Positions 36,501-50,265 are shown, numbered from the whole stretch's first letter. The stretch is DNA of 61,677 nucleotides, filler included, from Sphacelaria rigidula (GCA_964200075.2; 9 parts of 9 records of this genome joined end to end with filler, not necessarily neighbours in it), one strand, 5' to 3'. Notes: generated by a model not told the origin, from the letters alone. Program-made: numbers and translations.

Positions 36501-39384
36501 CTAAAGTAGTCAGCGTCAGAAGTATGCAGAATTCGTAATCTCTTAGTTTCTCAAAGGGTTTCCAATTTGTTTCGCTTGCCATTGCTCATTACAGTGACCG
36601 TTGGATGCCAAAAATGGGCGTCTGGAGATATTTTAATCATCTTCACAAATATTGTCAAGAAATATCTGCGATCAATATTGAGTAACTTACGGGCTTGACC
36701 GATCTTCAGGGGTCCTGCGAAAGTGCAACCCCAGGTTCTAGCTGGGCGGTGCTTTCGGTGGACCGACTCGATCCCGATCATATAAGTGAAGACTCAAAAA
36801 TGATTATTCAATTTGAAATTCCACCTGTTCCCTGCGCTTAAACTGGAAACTTAGGTTTCTTGGACCATTCACGGCCAATAACGCCCTCCTGATAAACGGG
36901 GTCTTGACTCCGTATCGCCCCCACAACAACAACTTGGGCATTGTGATTTGAGCACAGTCTGCTTATTTTGCCAGAACTATCGGCGCTAGCACTTTCGAGT
37001 TCGCGTGGAGAATATTATGCGGAAAAAAAACGAAAAGAGACCATCCGCAGAAAATGCTAGACTGAGGTCTGTGCAGTATAGGAGGAAAACACGATCTCGA
37101 TCGTTATTGTGAAGAATTGTATACGTATTCATTCATCTAAATATTTACCGTTTCGTTGCGGAAGAGCCGGAAAATTGCTTTTACTCGACCAAAAACGGTC
37201 AACAATACACCCTCCTGATAAACGTGGTATCTAGTCCATATCGCCCCCAAAACATCAACTTGGGCAGCGCAGTTTGAGCGCGGCCTACGCTTTCCCCTAC
37301 ATCTACCGACGCTAGCGCTTTCAAGTAGTAATGAAGAATAGTACTCGAGAAAAACTCAAAACTACAACAACTACGAATTCTGAAGACTTCTGATGCTGAC
37401 CACTATACGCGTGTTTGCCCTGGGTGAGTCACCAACCCGTCGTTCATCAGCGCATATCTGCCCTGGGTGTGCAATGAGAGCTACTTGAGCTGCGTGTGTT
37501 TGTCTCGGCTGAGCTGTCAGGCGTAGCTCACATGCACATGTTTGACTGCAAGTGAACTACAGGCCGCAGATGAGCTAGCTCACGAGCTGTCTGACATGAG
37601 CACCACTGACATTCTACAGAACCCGGCAGGACTTCTAAGGCCAGATTCTCGGAATCTTTGGCCTCGGGCGCGTAAAGGCTTGGCAAAGCCGTCCAGAAAT
37701 CGTGGTCGTGTGATTTTTCTGTGGCGATGCTTGCAACATTTAGCATTTCACGTCATCTTCAATTGGTAATACCTTCAAGTGGATTTTGCGATCGTTGACC
37801 ATGCTCGAAACTCCGTTCTCGAAACCTGGGACCCCACCGAATCGGACCAGTAGGTTTGTTCTCTATTAGTGAGACCATGCAGGGTGTCCAAGACGCAGCC
37901 GTATTCACTGTTCAAAGGCCAAAAAGCGGTGTTGCATGTGCCAAAAAATTGAAGGAAAAAAATCAAATATATATCTCAATCCCGGTGAGATATGATGTGG
38001 GTTTAGTTGATCGCAGGGCCCCGTTACGAGTGCCACACCTGTTTGCGGAACATTATCACCGTTTGACACTCAACGCCTGTAAAGCGGACGCTGTACCTGA
38101 GCAGCTGCAGTCTGTTTGTACGCGTTATCCTCAATAAGGGCATGCCGTGATCTCGCGACGTCTGACGTGGTGTGGTTTATTTTTTCACAGCGGTCGTTTT
38201 AATACATCTGGTAGCGTACCGAAGGTCCACTCCATTTGAGGAGGTTTAGCGCCCGAGGAATTTGCGATAACCCGAGAGCATTTGGGGAACAAAACGATGC
38301 CCCCCACCTTGTGGTATTGGCGAGTGCGTGCAACGTAGCATGTCCCGAAGTGCGTCTAGAACGGAGAGATATGTTTTGATATCGACAAAAATCTCGAAGC
38401 GAAATTCCGCTTTCATTCATTTTTCATGTGCTCATCGTCCTTGTGAAAGGTATCTCAAACTTGAGGTTCCCGGTATGTTGGGCGGGTAAATTACTGTTGA
38501 ATATACCGGGAACCTCGAGTTTGAGATACCTATGTTGCTCACGATATTTTCCAATGTGCTGTGTCTTACCAAAGCAATAAAAGAAGCGAGGAAGGCAGCT
38601 TGCTCACAACGGCCACTTTTGGTCCAGGCGAGGGAACGCGAAACGGACTTTCTCGGGTGATTCATTGGGCACTGGACGCAGCCGGATACAGCGAAAATAT
38701 TACATCCCCCACACGAGAGCACACAAGGATCCACCGACACCTTGTATTGTCGACAGAAAATGCACAGATACCGACGGACCCTACGCCAGTTATTTTCATT
38801 CGAGAGCCTTCGAAAAAAAATGCAAGTGTTACGGGTGTCGAGTGAATCTGCCGTACATTTCAGCATATTTTCTGAGATGAAGTAGGTACAATGCATATAC
38901 CACACATGGCGCGACGGATGCACAGTTCAGGGCTGGGGTGTGGAAATCTCAACGGGAGTAACTAGCACGCATGACTGAAACACATAGTTGCTCGTTTGAC
39001 AAGCCGTCCGGTATTCGAAGAGCGGCGGCCGTGTGTGTGTGCAAGAAATGCTCCTCACGATGAAGTCGTTGACCTTTTGTGGGTGTGTGTTACACGGCGC
39101 CCATCCAGCAGATATCATCGTGTCTCGTTCAATTTTGACTCGATTTCCCCGGAGCCAAAATCGTCATACTCTTCGGTGGTCGATGATTATGGCCCGAGCT
39201 GTTCATCTGTCCTAGGAGAATGAGATCCGAGGTTGTGGTGAGCTTGTTACTCAAGTCTAGGCTGTGTGACAGGCGTTGCACCACGGCAAGGATAGTTGCA
39301 CCTCTGGTTCATGTTGTGCTTCTTGGCGATTAGCCAGAAGAATTGAAAAACATTTCCTGAAAAAGAACACCGCTTCTTTTTCTT

Positions 39385-40214
39385 GGGAGGGGGGGGGGGG
39401 GTACTAATTTGTTACTTGTCTTTGTCGTTTGACCATTGACCTCGCATCCCTTTCCCTTTCGAGACGGAGCACCGTTCCTACTCCTAATAGAGCCACCTTC
39501 AATATTCCGGCGCCCATTAGGTCTCTTCCATGCATTACACAAAAACCGTTTACTTATCTCATGCCCGTCCTGTTTCGCCGTCTGTGGCCACCGTCCATCG
39601 CGTAGTATAGACATCGTTTTCTCGCTACTGTCTAACGCACCAAGCGATTTTATGCCACCTTCGTTCACGTCTCGCATTTTCCCCTCTAGCACGTCCTGTT
39701 CCTCCTTGTATAGTTCACATTCTGCCACTATATGACTTTTGCTCTCTATTGCTTTGCCACAGAGGCAGTTCTGTGCATCTACTCCCTCCCCCACACGAGT
39801 GCTGGTATATCTTTTTCTTCTTTGTGGCAGGTCCAGGTCCCCCACCCGAAATCGCAGTTTCATATTTTTCGCGGCGTCCATTGGGCCATGCAGATATGTT
39901 TTCATTCCGATTCCCTCTCTCAACCACCCGTACATCTCCAGGTGTTTTTCCTCGTCTACTTTGCGTCTGAGAGCTCCTTTTCCCCTTATTTCCATCATGT
40001 CCCTTACTTTAGTCTTGTATCCCACGCCTTCATCTATGGACAGGATTACGTCTTGGTTTCTTCCTATCTCCTTCCATACTTTCTCGACTCTTTCATGCCA
40101 CCTTGCTCCAGGCTTCCCTTTCGTACTTTTATTCCACACAGGTCTATTAACTATAGCTGGCAATCTGTTTCTCTGTATGTGCGTTACGCTATATTGCCAT
40201 CGCAATCTACTCAT
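39385..40214 (-). mobile_element. 5'-truncated LINE (RTE/RTEX-like) ORF2 C-terminal fragment, frame still open
   Basis: RLRW...RLP...GKPGARW post-RT motifs and CLCGKAIESKSHIVAEC CCHC-type knuckle; no RT core; ends in a C-run. Confidence 0.85.
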
Positions 40215-40746
40215 GATTCAACAGATCGCTCACTCTCGCCGTCTGAGGGTCGAGACACGCGGGAAAAATCGTAATTTTTCCCCGGCATTTGAAGGAATGT
40301 TTCACCCGTTGACCGGCAGGGTTGGGTCGACAATCTGTCGTATCGGCGTGATTTTCACTTGAAAAGTCATGAAAGATGCAAGACTCAGAACACCCGCCGC
40401 GGCGGTCTATGGGTCGAGTAAAACAAAGCGAGTTCCGAGATAGATGTGTCGCTTGTTGCTGAGCTTCAGAGATTTTCCGATTTCTCGCCCAAAAAGTACT
40501 ACTGTCTCTACGTGGGTTGCGGAAACCCAGGAGGAATGATCCCCCCTCACGAGGTCAAAGGCGCCCTGTTGAACGAAACAACCGGACGACAAAGAATAGG
40601 TGAAGATTCAACGCGGCCCTTGCCTCCAGTCAGCTGTATTCTACGCGGGCTAAAAACAAATGCCGCAGTTGATAATTTCTTGGCGTCGATCTATTGTTTT
40701 TGTGTGTGCGCGTGTTTGCTGCTTTTTCGTCGTTTTGCTTCCACAG

Positions 40747-40885
40747 GAAGTTGCTGCTGCCGCCCTGGCCACCTACGGAGACAGGATGTATGATTATGTG
40801 AACGACCAACCGAGCGAACAGCCCATTTCTGCCTCTGAAGTGGATGAAGCTAGCAGCCTGATTTTTCGTCGGGCAGCCCCTTCCG
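40747..40885 (+). CDS. Internal exon, unknown protein (EVAAAALATYGDRMYDYVNDQPSEQPISASEVDEASSLIFRRAAPS)
   Basis: Long pyrimidine tract + ccacag acceptor, consensus G|gtaagt donor, open frame. Confidence 0.65.
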
Positions 40886-43800
40886 GTAAGTGAAGAGGAA
40901 GAATTTCGGATATAAGAAGAAAGAATGCAGCATACTGCCGTTTGTTTGCACCCCCCCCCCCCCCTCCCCGGGTTGCTGGTTCGACACCCATGAGGCAGTG
41001 TAAAGACGTGGCTGTCTTTGAAAGTGGCGATACCACAGAATAAAGCAACTCATTGTTGGCTGTCATCCAAATGCAAGATAATCAGTANNNNNNNNNNNNN
41101 NNNNNNNNNNNNNNNNNNNNNNNNNNNNNNNTTAATTAATTAANNNNNNNNNNNNNNNNNNNNNNNNNNNNNNNNNNNNNNNNNNNNCGGGGGAGAGATA
41201 GGTTGATCCCTTGAGACCACGGACTCATCCCGAAGAAGGGGGGGGTTCAAAGTGTGATGAAGAAAAAATAGGGCCTGGAGGGACCTTCGGTTGGAACCTG
41301 ATGAACTCGAGAATTATTATTCAAGCTAATTGCTACATGTAACAACAATGCGGGAGGTTTGTTTCCAATACAACTATCTAAGTTGTGGCGGTAATAGCTA
41401 GCAACGACAGTTCGGAATCGCGCACGGGACAGACGCACGGCGTCGAAAAATGCACAAATCCGATCGATTCGTGTACCGGCGTTGGTGCCGCAAAAGTAGT
41501 ACAGCTTTAACCGTTTTACGGAAGTGTCGGCGTCAGGGACAAACCACGACTGTATTGCCCCGGTTTAAGCTGGGAAACGACTGACGGTACTCGGAAAAAA
41601 AAAAATGGGCGCCGTAGGATCGTGCGGCGTAGGGCAGCACAAAAGTTTTTATAAAAGCTTGAAATAGATACCGTAGGGTCGTGCGGCGAGTACACCACGA
41701 AAGGTTTTCGTCACGCACCGACGTGGCAACAACGTAGTTATATAAAACAAGTTAAAGTGGTGCGCAGCAGGGGCAACGCGGAGGGCTTGTCCCGAAAAGA
41801 GTTACACACCAAAGGGCACTGGTTTTTAGTGCCGTGTGCTCCAAATGAGCAGGTAGCGTAGGTCTGGGATTTATCAATGCGGCGTGTCAAATAGGGCGTG
41901 GGTTTTGCAAATCGCCACAACTACTTGAGTTGTGTGGGAGAACAAGCAGCAACTGGCAGATTCAAACATCAGAGGCGCCTAGTCTCGTAAATGGAACGTG
42001 TCTCGGAACAAAGATTTTTCAGCCGAGAGAGGTTCAGGGTAGAAAATACCACAGCCGTTTAGGCTGTGTACTACCAACAATCGCGGTGTTGTACGGCGCC
42101 GCTTTACAGATGTGCGAAGTCAACTAGAAGAGAACAAAAACAAGTAGCTAGGATTGGCGTATATCGGGACGCAGAGAAGGTGCCAGAACGGGTACAAATC
42201 TCGTGTACAGATGTTCGCGGTCACCTGGTAGGGGGAAATAGTTGTGTAACGAAAGGGCCCGGTGAAAAAGAGGCAAGGAACCGTGTATAGTCGATACTGA
42301 AATGCAAAAGCGGCAGTATTGCTGGCTTGGCAAAGGACTGCAGGTCAAGAACAGCAGCAGATGGTGTAACAACGATGCACCCTGTGCGGTGTTTCCTTTG
42401 ACAAATTTTGTTCGGGAAAACTTGTCCTGTCAGGAACAAACGAGCAACAAGGCAAACTACTCGATCCAGCGCTGGCTGGGCGTGTGGTCGTGTCTGTACT
42501 GAGCGACCATGGATGGGTGCGTTGTGCAGGTTCGGGAAAGGTAGCACGCTCGTATCGTGCAGGTACCTATCTGCAAAATTCACAGCAAATTGGGGTTTAC
42601 GCATCTATGCGCGGTTGACACAGCGTGGCACAAGACGTGCAGTCAAACGCTGAAGCAAGCAGCAAGCAGCAAGGGTAGCGAGTCGCGAGCGAAATGCACA
42701 CGGTAACACAGAGGGGAAAGCTTGACAGTAGCAAACAACTGACTACTTCGCAAGTCGGGAAGCAGCTTGGTAGAAATTGCCGACACACAACCAAAGACCG
42801 AGAGGAGGAAAATCCTCAGAAGCGGACCACGCGCACGTGACTCGACAGAGATACAGCCTGTTGTAAGAGGGGTAACACAATCGCAAAAGAAGGGACTCCT
42901 CAGTCAAACGCCGAATGTATTGGGGTTGTGCTGGATGTAAGGTAAGTACAGGCTCACTAGGCAAGGCAAGGGGCCAGTCAACAGGCTGGACAACCAAGCC
43001 GCACAATAGGCATAGTTGCTGTGCAGTGTATATTCACACTGCGTACCGCCCTCGCACGGATGTGTCAAAGGTATCAGAACGTCAACCGTAGGTGGATAAT
43101 ATCTCTTTTTGATTACTTCATCTCAACTTCTCAGAATCCAATATCACACGCTCAATCAATCAGTCTCATCGATGTTAGACTTCCTTGCTGGGAGAGGGGT
43201 GTAGTGCTTGGGTAGGCATGACACTCCATATTACTATACCTGCTATGTACAAGTTCACACTCGTATTTGACCAACTCTAACAGACCTGTAGTCTTGAACT
43301 AGCCTGGAATGACATATAAAGCCGGGCTCATAGACGGGTCTGAGGCGGGATGACAACATGCTAATATTCTCCTCATGACACATACTCCAATTCGACAAGG
43401 AGGGGAAAAAAGACATGATGGAACGGTTTATCAGCGTAGAGCTTGAAAAACATGTGGTTCGCGGGAAATGTTCGGATCGCTAAATGAAGTCGTTGAGGAT
43501 GCAGTGGATTGCTCTGCTCCACGAGCCGATCCAGCCTTCAACAAGTTTTGGAGCTATTTAGACCAGCCTTGCGCGACCCGTTATTGGGAGCTAGAAGACA
43601 CAAAAACGTATGGAAGTAGTCCAGAAGAAAATATCCATCAACTCAGAGCCAGTTTCAAATTCTGAAAAAAACAGCAACAACGATGTCATGACTCAACACA
43701 CATGCATTTATACCTTTGGCTACCTTCTTACGCTTTCGCGTATTCACGTGTTGAATTGACGTGTACGATTCCAGGTCAAAACTCCTCACATTGGGCCGCG

Positions 43801-45034
43801 CAGTTCACGTTTTGTGTGACACTGCTGCACCCCTTTGTCTAACTGGCGTAGGAGACTTTCGCGAAGACGGAAGGTCACGAGGTCGAATCCCGACAGATAC
43901 TTCGTTTCTTTTCTTTGGCACAATTTGGTTTTCAGTCCCTGAGGTAATATATTATGCAATATTATATTTCGTTTTTTTTCATTCTTGGTTTTGAGCGGCG
44001 GAGTGGGCATCAGCAGGTTCTGGAGTTAGCAACGGCGTACGTACATCACGTTAATGCGGGAAACCAAAAGTGTTATCGCGTGCTAGAGATATGCGAGCTG
44101 GGACACTGGCTCAGCTCTTGATGGTAGTCGAGTTTGTGCGTGTGACGTGAAACGATGCGCCGCAACCCTACGCCTCCGTCGCGACCATGCTGTAGGCCTC
44201 GGGAAGTCGCCGAATGGTCATTGTGGCTTGGTCCGGACGTTTAAGCTGACGCGGAACTCCTGGACAGAATCCGATTGATTGTGCTTTTCATATGGTTCGC
44301 TTTTTTGCTTGTGTTGCCGACGTCTTAGCTCTCGGTCCTTTCGCTGGTTCAGTGTGTATCATACACAAATAAATGCACGAAGTGAGTTCGTCTGCAACTG
44401 CATGTCAAGTTTTGTTTGTATGATATTCGTCGGGTTGAACATTTCTTTTGGCCTGAGGGATTGTTTTCGGGGGTTAGCATGTCCACGCTCACCAAGAAGA
44501 GGGGTTACCGGTCGACGGCGAGCCACAAGACAGAACCATTGAGCACCATCCGGGGGAGTTTTTGTTTCTTGTGAGGTGTGCAGCACCGAGCACCTCTTGA
44601 CGCCCTAGCAGTAGAAGTGCCTGACCCTTCCGACGGTACAGTGATGGCAGGCCGAACATGTTTCGTGGTACTCGAGCATCTCGTACCTATCGAACTTCCG
44701 TTATGTCGTTAAGCCGTGCTTGGATGAATTATGTGCCGCTGGAAGAGTGAAGATGACATTCATGGGGCCTACGCGGCTCAAGAAGCTGCCCATCGATATG
44801 ATCGCACCACCTGAAACCCAAAGCACTATCACAGTAGGTATACAACGCAATGGCTGCGCTTCATTCTTTATTCTATTGTTTCCGTCTTCTCGAACTTGCT
44901 TCACATAATGGGAAGCTCACCACCCCAATCCTCTGTCCGCCGACAATCTTGGCCCTCTCCTCGCCCATCACTGTCGCGCCTACGCAGGCGATGTTGAGTG
45001 GGCCGAAGGCGACCAAGGCCCCGCTAATGCTTCA

Positions 45035-45596
45035 TCACAGAAGAAGCGCTTGATCCGTTCCAGTATCGGCGTAGTCTCCACGCGCCCCTGTACTTATCCA
45101 CCGCAGCGGTTCTTCCTGCCTCGGCCGTGAAGTTCTTGCCGCTGTTGCGGCTGGCGCTGCCCTTGCTTTCGCTTCTTATCGTGTGAATAACACTGCTGGT
45201 TTTCTCCCCCCTTGATGACAGTCTCCAGGGCGAGGGTCTTGGTCGCCTTCGGCTCACTGAACATCGCCTGCGTAGGCGCGACAGGGATGGGCGGGAGGGG
45301 GGAAGCACTGAAGCAACAAATGAGTACGCCACCCCGTCGCCCATCCCTGTCGCGCCTACGCAGGTGATGCTGATTGAATGAGCCGAAGGCGACCACGGCC
45401 TCCACCCTAGAGACGGTCCTCAAGGGGGGAGAAAAGAAGCAGCGTTATTAACACGATAAGAAGCGAAAGCAAGGACAGCGGCAGAGCGACAGCAAAACGT
45501 TCACGGTCGAGGCAGGAAGAGCCGCGGCGGTGGACAAGTACAGGAGCGCGTGGAGACTACGCCGGTACAGGAAGGGATCGAGCGCTTCTTCTGTGA
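45035..45596. repeat. Inverted repeat A: ~260-bp diverged arms (45035-45293 / 45338-45596), 44-nt spacer
   Basis: cacagaagaagcgct...cgtaggcgcgacagggatgggcg pairs with cgcccatccctgtcgcgcctacg...agcgcttcttctgtg. Confidence 0.9.
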
Positions 45597-45718
45597 AGAA
45601 GTATTGGCGGACGTCCGTGACGACCTCGGCGAGGTAGGGTGTCATGTTGGGCTTCTTCAATGAGAAGTTCGGCACGATGAAGCATCGCCTTATTTTTGGT
45701 CAGGGTGCGTGCAAGTGC

Positions 45719-47397
45719 TCTTTGCAGGATTCTCATCTTGGTCCACCCCTCAGGAACAATTGTTGTGTGATAAAACATAGCTGAGCATATGTCCACATGT
45801 TGGAAGCCATGCGTATAGCTGAGTCCCGTCATTCGTGTCCTGCGCCAGAGCATTTCACAATCAACCATTGATTCAAGTGTCCTATCTCCGTTCTTGCATT
45901 GATGGAACACGTTGCAAATGCGACTTCTCCGCGCAGCATCCTTACTACTGTATAACGTTGTATCTCACGATTAGGATGTCATGTTTGGTTTTCAACTGCA
46001 CAGACGCGCAAGGGTCGTTTATATGTACCACCCCACCCCCGCCTGTTCTGATACCGACGACACACGAAGGTGGAGGCGACCAAGCGACTGTCGCTACGTG
46101 AGATCCCCGAGGTGATGGTTGTGCAGTCGAAGCAATTCGAGATGTTCTCATACGATCCTCAGAAGCTCGAGGGTCGGCTCTGGTATGCTGCCACCAGATC
46201 ATGGTGTTGGTCGTCCACATGAGTGTGTTTTTGCAAGAGCTCGACAGTTTTGGCATCACCGCGTCCCAAAACTATCGAGCTCTTGCAGAAACACACTCAT
46301 GTGGACGATCAACACCATTATCTGGTAGCAGCATACCAGAGCCGACCCTCGAGCTTCCGAGGATCGTCCGCGAACATCTCGGATTGCTTGGACTGCACAA
46401 CCATCACCTCGGGGGCTTTGTGTAGCGACAGCCGCTTGGTCGCCTCCACCTTCGTGTGTCGTCGGTATCAGAACAGGCGGGGGTGGGGTGGTACATGTTA
46501 ACGAGCCTTGCGCGTCTGTGCAGTTGAAAAACAAACATGACATCCTAATCGTGAGATATAACGCTATACTTCCTCTGTCTCATAAGTCTGTGCAGTTATG
46601 TTTGTATGAGCGCCTAACGATGTCCGATTTGATTCTCGATTCTTTGGCTGCATTCGTTGGCGTATTCTGAGCTAAACACAATACTCTTTCTTCAACATGG
46701 GTGCTTGACTCGTGCAGACTCGCGACCGTGAAAAAATGAGTCGGACAAAGTTTGGGCATTTTTCGCTTTTTTTCCCAGTGAACCACAGCAGACCCGGAAA
46801 TCGCGAAAAATCGTGAAAAAATGGGAAAATCGCAATACCATCACTGATTTGGATATCTCCGTGACGTTAACCCCCGCACGCTCCATCTGACAATTTTTCA
46901 GCATGTGATCGCTAGTGCTCGACGTAAAAACGTTCAAAATCGGTCAACATTGGAGTATAAGTGGACCAAAAAGGGCCGAAATGGGGTATCTTTTGACCTC
47001 TAATTAGTATTGAAAGCAAGTTTTTTCCTCTCCCTTTTTTTTTTCAGTCAGCTTTGTCTGCGCGTTATCTCTCTACCGAACCCAACTAGAGGATGATCGT
47101 CAGCGTTGAAATACCCAAACAATCAAACGCCCATAACTGCACAGACTTGAAAGACACAGGAAGTACAAGAGTAAGGATGCTGCGCGGAGAAGTCGCATTT
47201 GCAACGTGTTCCATCAAGACAAGAACGGAGACGGGACACTTGAATCAATGGTTGATTGTGAAATGCTCCGGCGCAGGACACGAGTGACGGGGCTCAGTTA
47301 TACGCATGGCTTCCAACATGTGGACATATGCTCAGCTATGTTTTATCACACGACAATTGTTCCTGAGGGGTGGACCAAGATGAGAATCCTGCGAAGA
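45719..47397. repeat. Inverted repeat B: ~535-bp arms, 12-nt spacer (46254-46265), right arm split by a MITE
   Basis: 45950-46253 pairs with 46266-46568; 45719-45950 pairs with 47164-47397. Confidence 0.9.
46569..47163. mobile_element. Stowaway-like (Tc1/mariner) MITE, 595 bp
   Basis: TA|CTTCCTCTGTCTCATAAGTCTGTGCAGTTATG ... CATAACTGCACAGACTTGAAAGACACAGGAAG|TA (28/32); empty site visible in the opposite palindrome arm. Confidence 0.88.
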
Positions 47398-48129
47398 TTT
47401 TGTGAAGGCGAGGGCGTTGTGGTCGCATCCCGTATCAATCATGAGTCGGTGTACACCGAGCCGGCCGCAGCGTGTGATGGGTTCATGGATTGAGCATGAT
47501 TTGCCAAACAGGATTTTGTTCGTTGCGTGCTACTGTAATCCAAGACAAAGAAACCCCCTTGGCAGCGCTTACATACTGATCAGACCTGCTCAGTCTTCCT
47601 ATTAACGATGCTGAGCACCGTCCGGGGACTATCTCGTGCCACGCGCCATACCGCTACGAACGACCTTGCTTCAACTACCACCGCACGTGTTTCTCACTTT
47701 CGGGCTGTATGGCTATTGTGCTTGCCGACTGTAGTGCGTGCGGTGGACAGACGTAGTCGTCTCACCGACAAAGCAGACCGAGGAAAAAAAAAACAAGAAG
47801 TACTGCCGCAGCATCAACAGTTACATGTATGTATACACGAACTCCGTTCCGAACGCAAACCGTTCGAAACACCTCTTCCGCATCAGCTTGCAACAGCCGA
47901 TCATCTATGTTGAGGATGGTGCTTTTCATTGAGGATGAGAACCCGGAGGATNNNNNNNNNNNNNNNNNNNNNNNNNNNNNNNNNNNNNNNNNNNNTTAAT
48001 TAATTAANNNNNNNNNNNNNNNNNNNNNNNNNNNNNNNNNNNNNNNNNNNNCTGGGGAAGCTGTGGTGTGAGCAAGTTTTAGCAGCTTTTAAGCTGGCCC
48101 AGCTCGTATGCATTGTGACCGTCGGTTCT

Positions 48130-48510
48130 CTCGTGTATTGTTCGCCCAATATATATTGAACGAAATGATGCACGACATATTGGGGCGGCAATATATATTG
48201 GCGCTTCGGGTGTTCAGTATACTGAATCGTCAATATACATTGACCTTGTGTGGCAGCCAATATATTACTCGACAAACATATGTTGGTGCCTTGCCGCACC
48301 AACATATTACTCGACCAATATATATATCGAGGTGGCGCGTGTCGTGATATATTGCTCGGGCGATATATATTGCACATCGCGAGCCTTGACATATTGATGA
48401 CACAATATATATCGACTTGTCTCTCCTGCCATCATATTGCTCGCCCAATATATATTGACCACCCGACGCGTCGACACATTGAGCGAGCAATATATATTAC
48501 ATATTGGATT
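48130..48510. repeat. Degenerate array built on palindromic CAATATATATTG core
   Basis: Core or close variants recur about every 25-35 nt. Confidence 0.7.
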
Positions 48511-48607
48511 GTCCAGGATGTGAAAAATTCTGATTGGTCCTTGAAAAGTTCTGATTGGTTCTGAAAATATTTTCTGAATAAAAACAAAACAAATTTTATG
48601 TTGCAGA

Positions 48608-50265
48608 AATTCAATGCCGAATCCGAAATGGCCTGAGAAAATAACTAATTTGAAAATTGGAAGTTCCCGATGGTTTTGAAGTCGCAGTCTTCCCGCCGGA
48701 CCGGCCGATCCCTGTAGCAAACTCCGTTTCCTGCGGGCCCGACCTAAAGTTTCATCCATCGACGCATTTCTCGTAGAAAATGGTGTGTCATCAGTGGGAA
48801 TATCGGAAGCTCCAGCATCGGCATATTACTCGCCACGAGCGGCAACGAATCTTACGTACCCAACAAACTATTGGTCTCCGTGATCATGGCTTCTAGACCC
48901 CTCAAGTCATTGCCGACGGGTTTCTGAGACATCTCTTTGTCACCCATCATTCCGAGACGGGTCATGAGATATCGGCGAGAATGCCTAAATGGCTGCGCCG
49001 AAAGGCCTGAAGCAGGGTGCCGCACGCGGCTTGTGCACCTTACGTTTCCTCGGAACCGTGTTGGCCGCGCGCTTGCAGTCTCCAACCTTGAAGCATACAA
49101 TCGCATTCTTGACAAGATCCAGTCAACCGAAAACAGGTAATTATTTGCGAAGAGGGGCTCCCATTATGATGCATTGGCCCACTGTCCTTGACTGAGAATC
49201 CTCCCATCGAGAAAGCTTAAATGGCTGCGCCGAAAGGCCTGAAGCAGGTGCCGCACGCGGCTTGTGCACCTTACGTTTCCTCGGAACCGTGTTGGCCGCG
49301 CTTGCAGTCTCCAACCTTGAAGCATACAATCGCATTCTTGACAAGATCCAGTCAACCGAAAACAGGTAATTATTTACGAAGAGGTGCTCCTATTATGATA
49401 CACTGGCCCACTGCCCTTGACTAAGAATCCTCCCATGTCCATCAGAGAGGCGTGTGCAGCCTGCGTCACCAGCAGGGCGTCCCCCGATATGCCTAGCAGC
49501 TAGCTCAGAGGAAACGGATCCGGCTACTGGCGAATCAATACCCATATAATATGATGAGAACGTCTTTTCTGATTCACGCATCCCCACGAGTCTTGTTCGC
49601 TTGACGCTGTAGTCGTGCTTTATTCGAATATTACCGGACTGAGCCCTTGGACATGGTGTACTACGATAAACTAGGATACGGTTTCGTTGAGATTGCACAT
49701 GCAGTAGATTCGGGGGGTGGCATGATAATGGACCAACCAAGTGGTCAAGAGTGTTTCATGGCAGGGTGTAACGTATATGAGGAGAAGCACACGGCGCCTC
49801 CTACCATGCACTTTACACTAGGGTTGGATTTTGCTGCATTTTTCAGCTCAGGAGGGGCTTACATGGCTTGTTTTTGGTGAGTAAAGTATAAGTGAGATCA
49901 GCACAAGAAGATAATACCTTCCCCCCTTGCCTTGAGCACCTCGTCCAAAAGGCTTTTAATGACGCCAGCGATAAAAGAGCTCCGTGGAAGAGACACCGTA
50001 CAGTCGAAGAAATTCCAACTTCGTGAACTCACGGAAAATACACTTTATTTTACAGGGGGTTGATTGAAGGTTGAAGCGTAAAACTGGCGTGAGGATTGAT
50101 AACCAGCAGCAAGAAGCTAAGGCACAGTTAAGAGACAGGTGAGCAATGGCTACCACAAAGGAAGTAAGGACTGAAAATATGCTAACCGAGAAGTTACGGT
50201 GGATGGAAGCCAAGAAGAGAGACTCGATCGAAGCGGCGAAACGAGACGCCATCACGGAATATGAG
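48608..50265 (+). pseudogene. Probable decayed multi-exon gene or transposon gene; candidate exons 49079-49136, 49308-49365, 49613-49876
   Basis: Phase-compatible splice sites (CAG|gtaatt, tgtag|, TG|gtgagt); flanking frames look protein-like or coiled-coil but contain in-frame stops. Confidence 0.35.
48986..49437. repeat. Tandem duplication, period ~230 bp
   Basis: taaatggctgcgccgaaagg at 48986 and 49218. Confidence 0.92.

Noticed and set aside
39330..40214. 294-aa ORF as a host gene
   Set aside because: It is a multicopy LINE ORF2 C-terminus with a degenerate homolog at 21449-22104.
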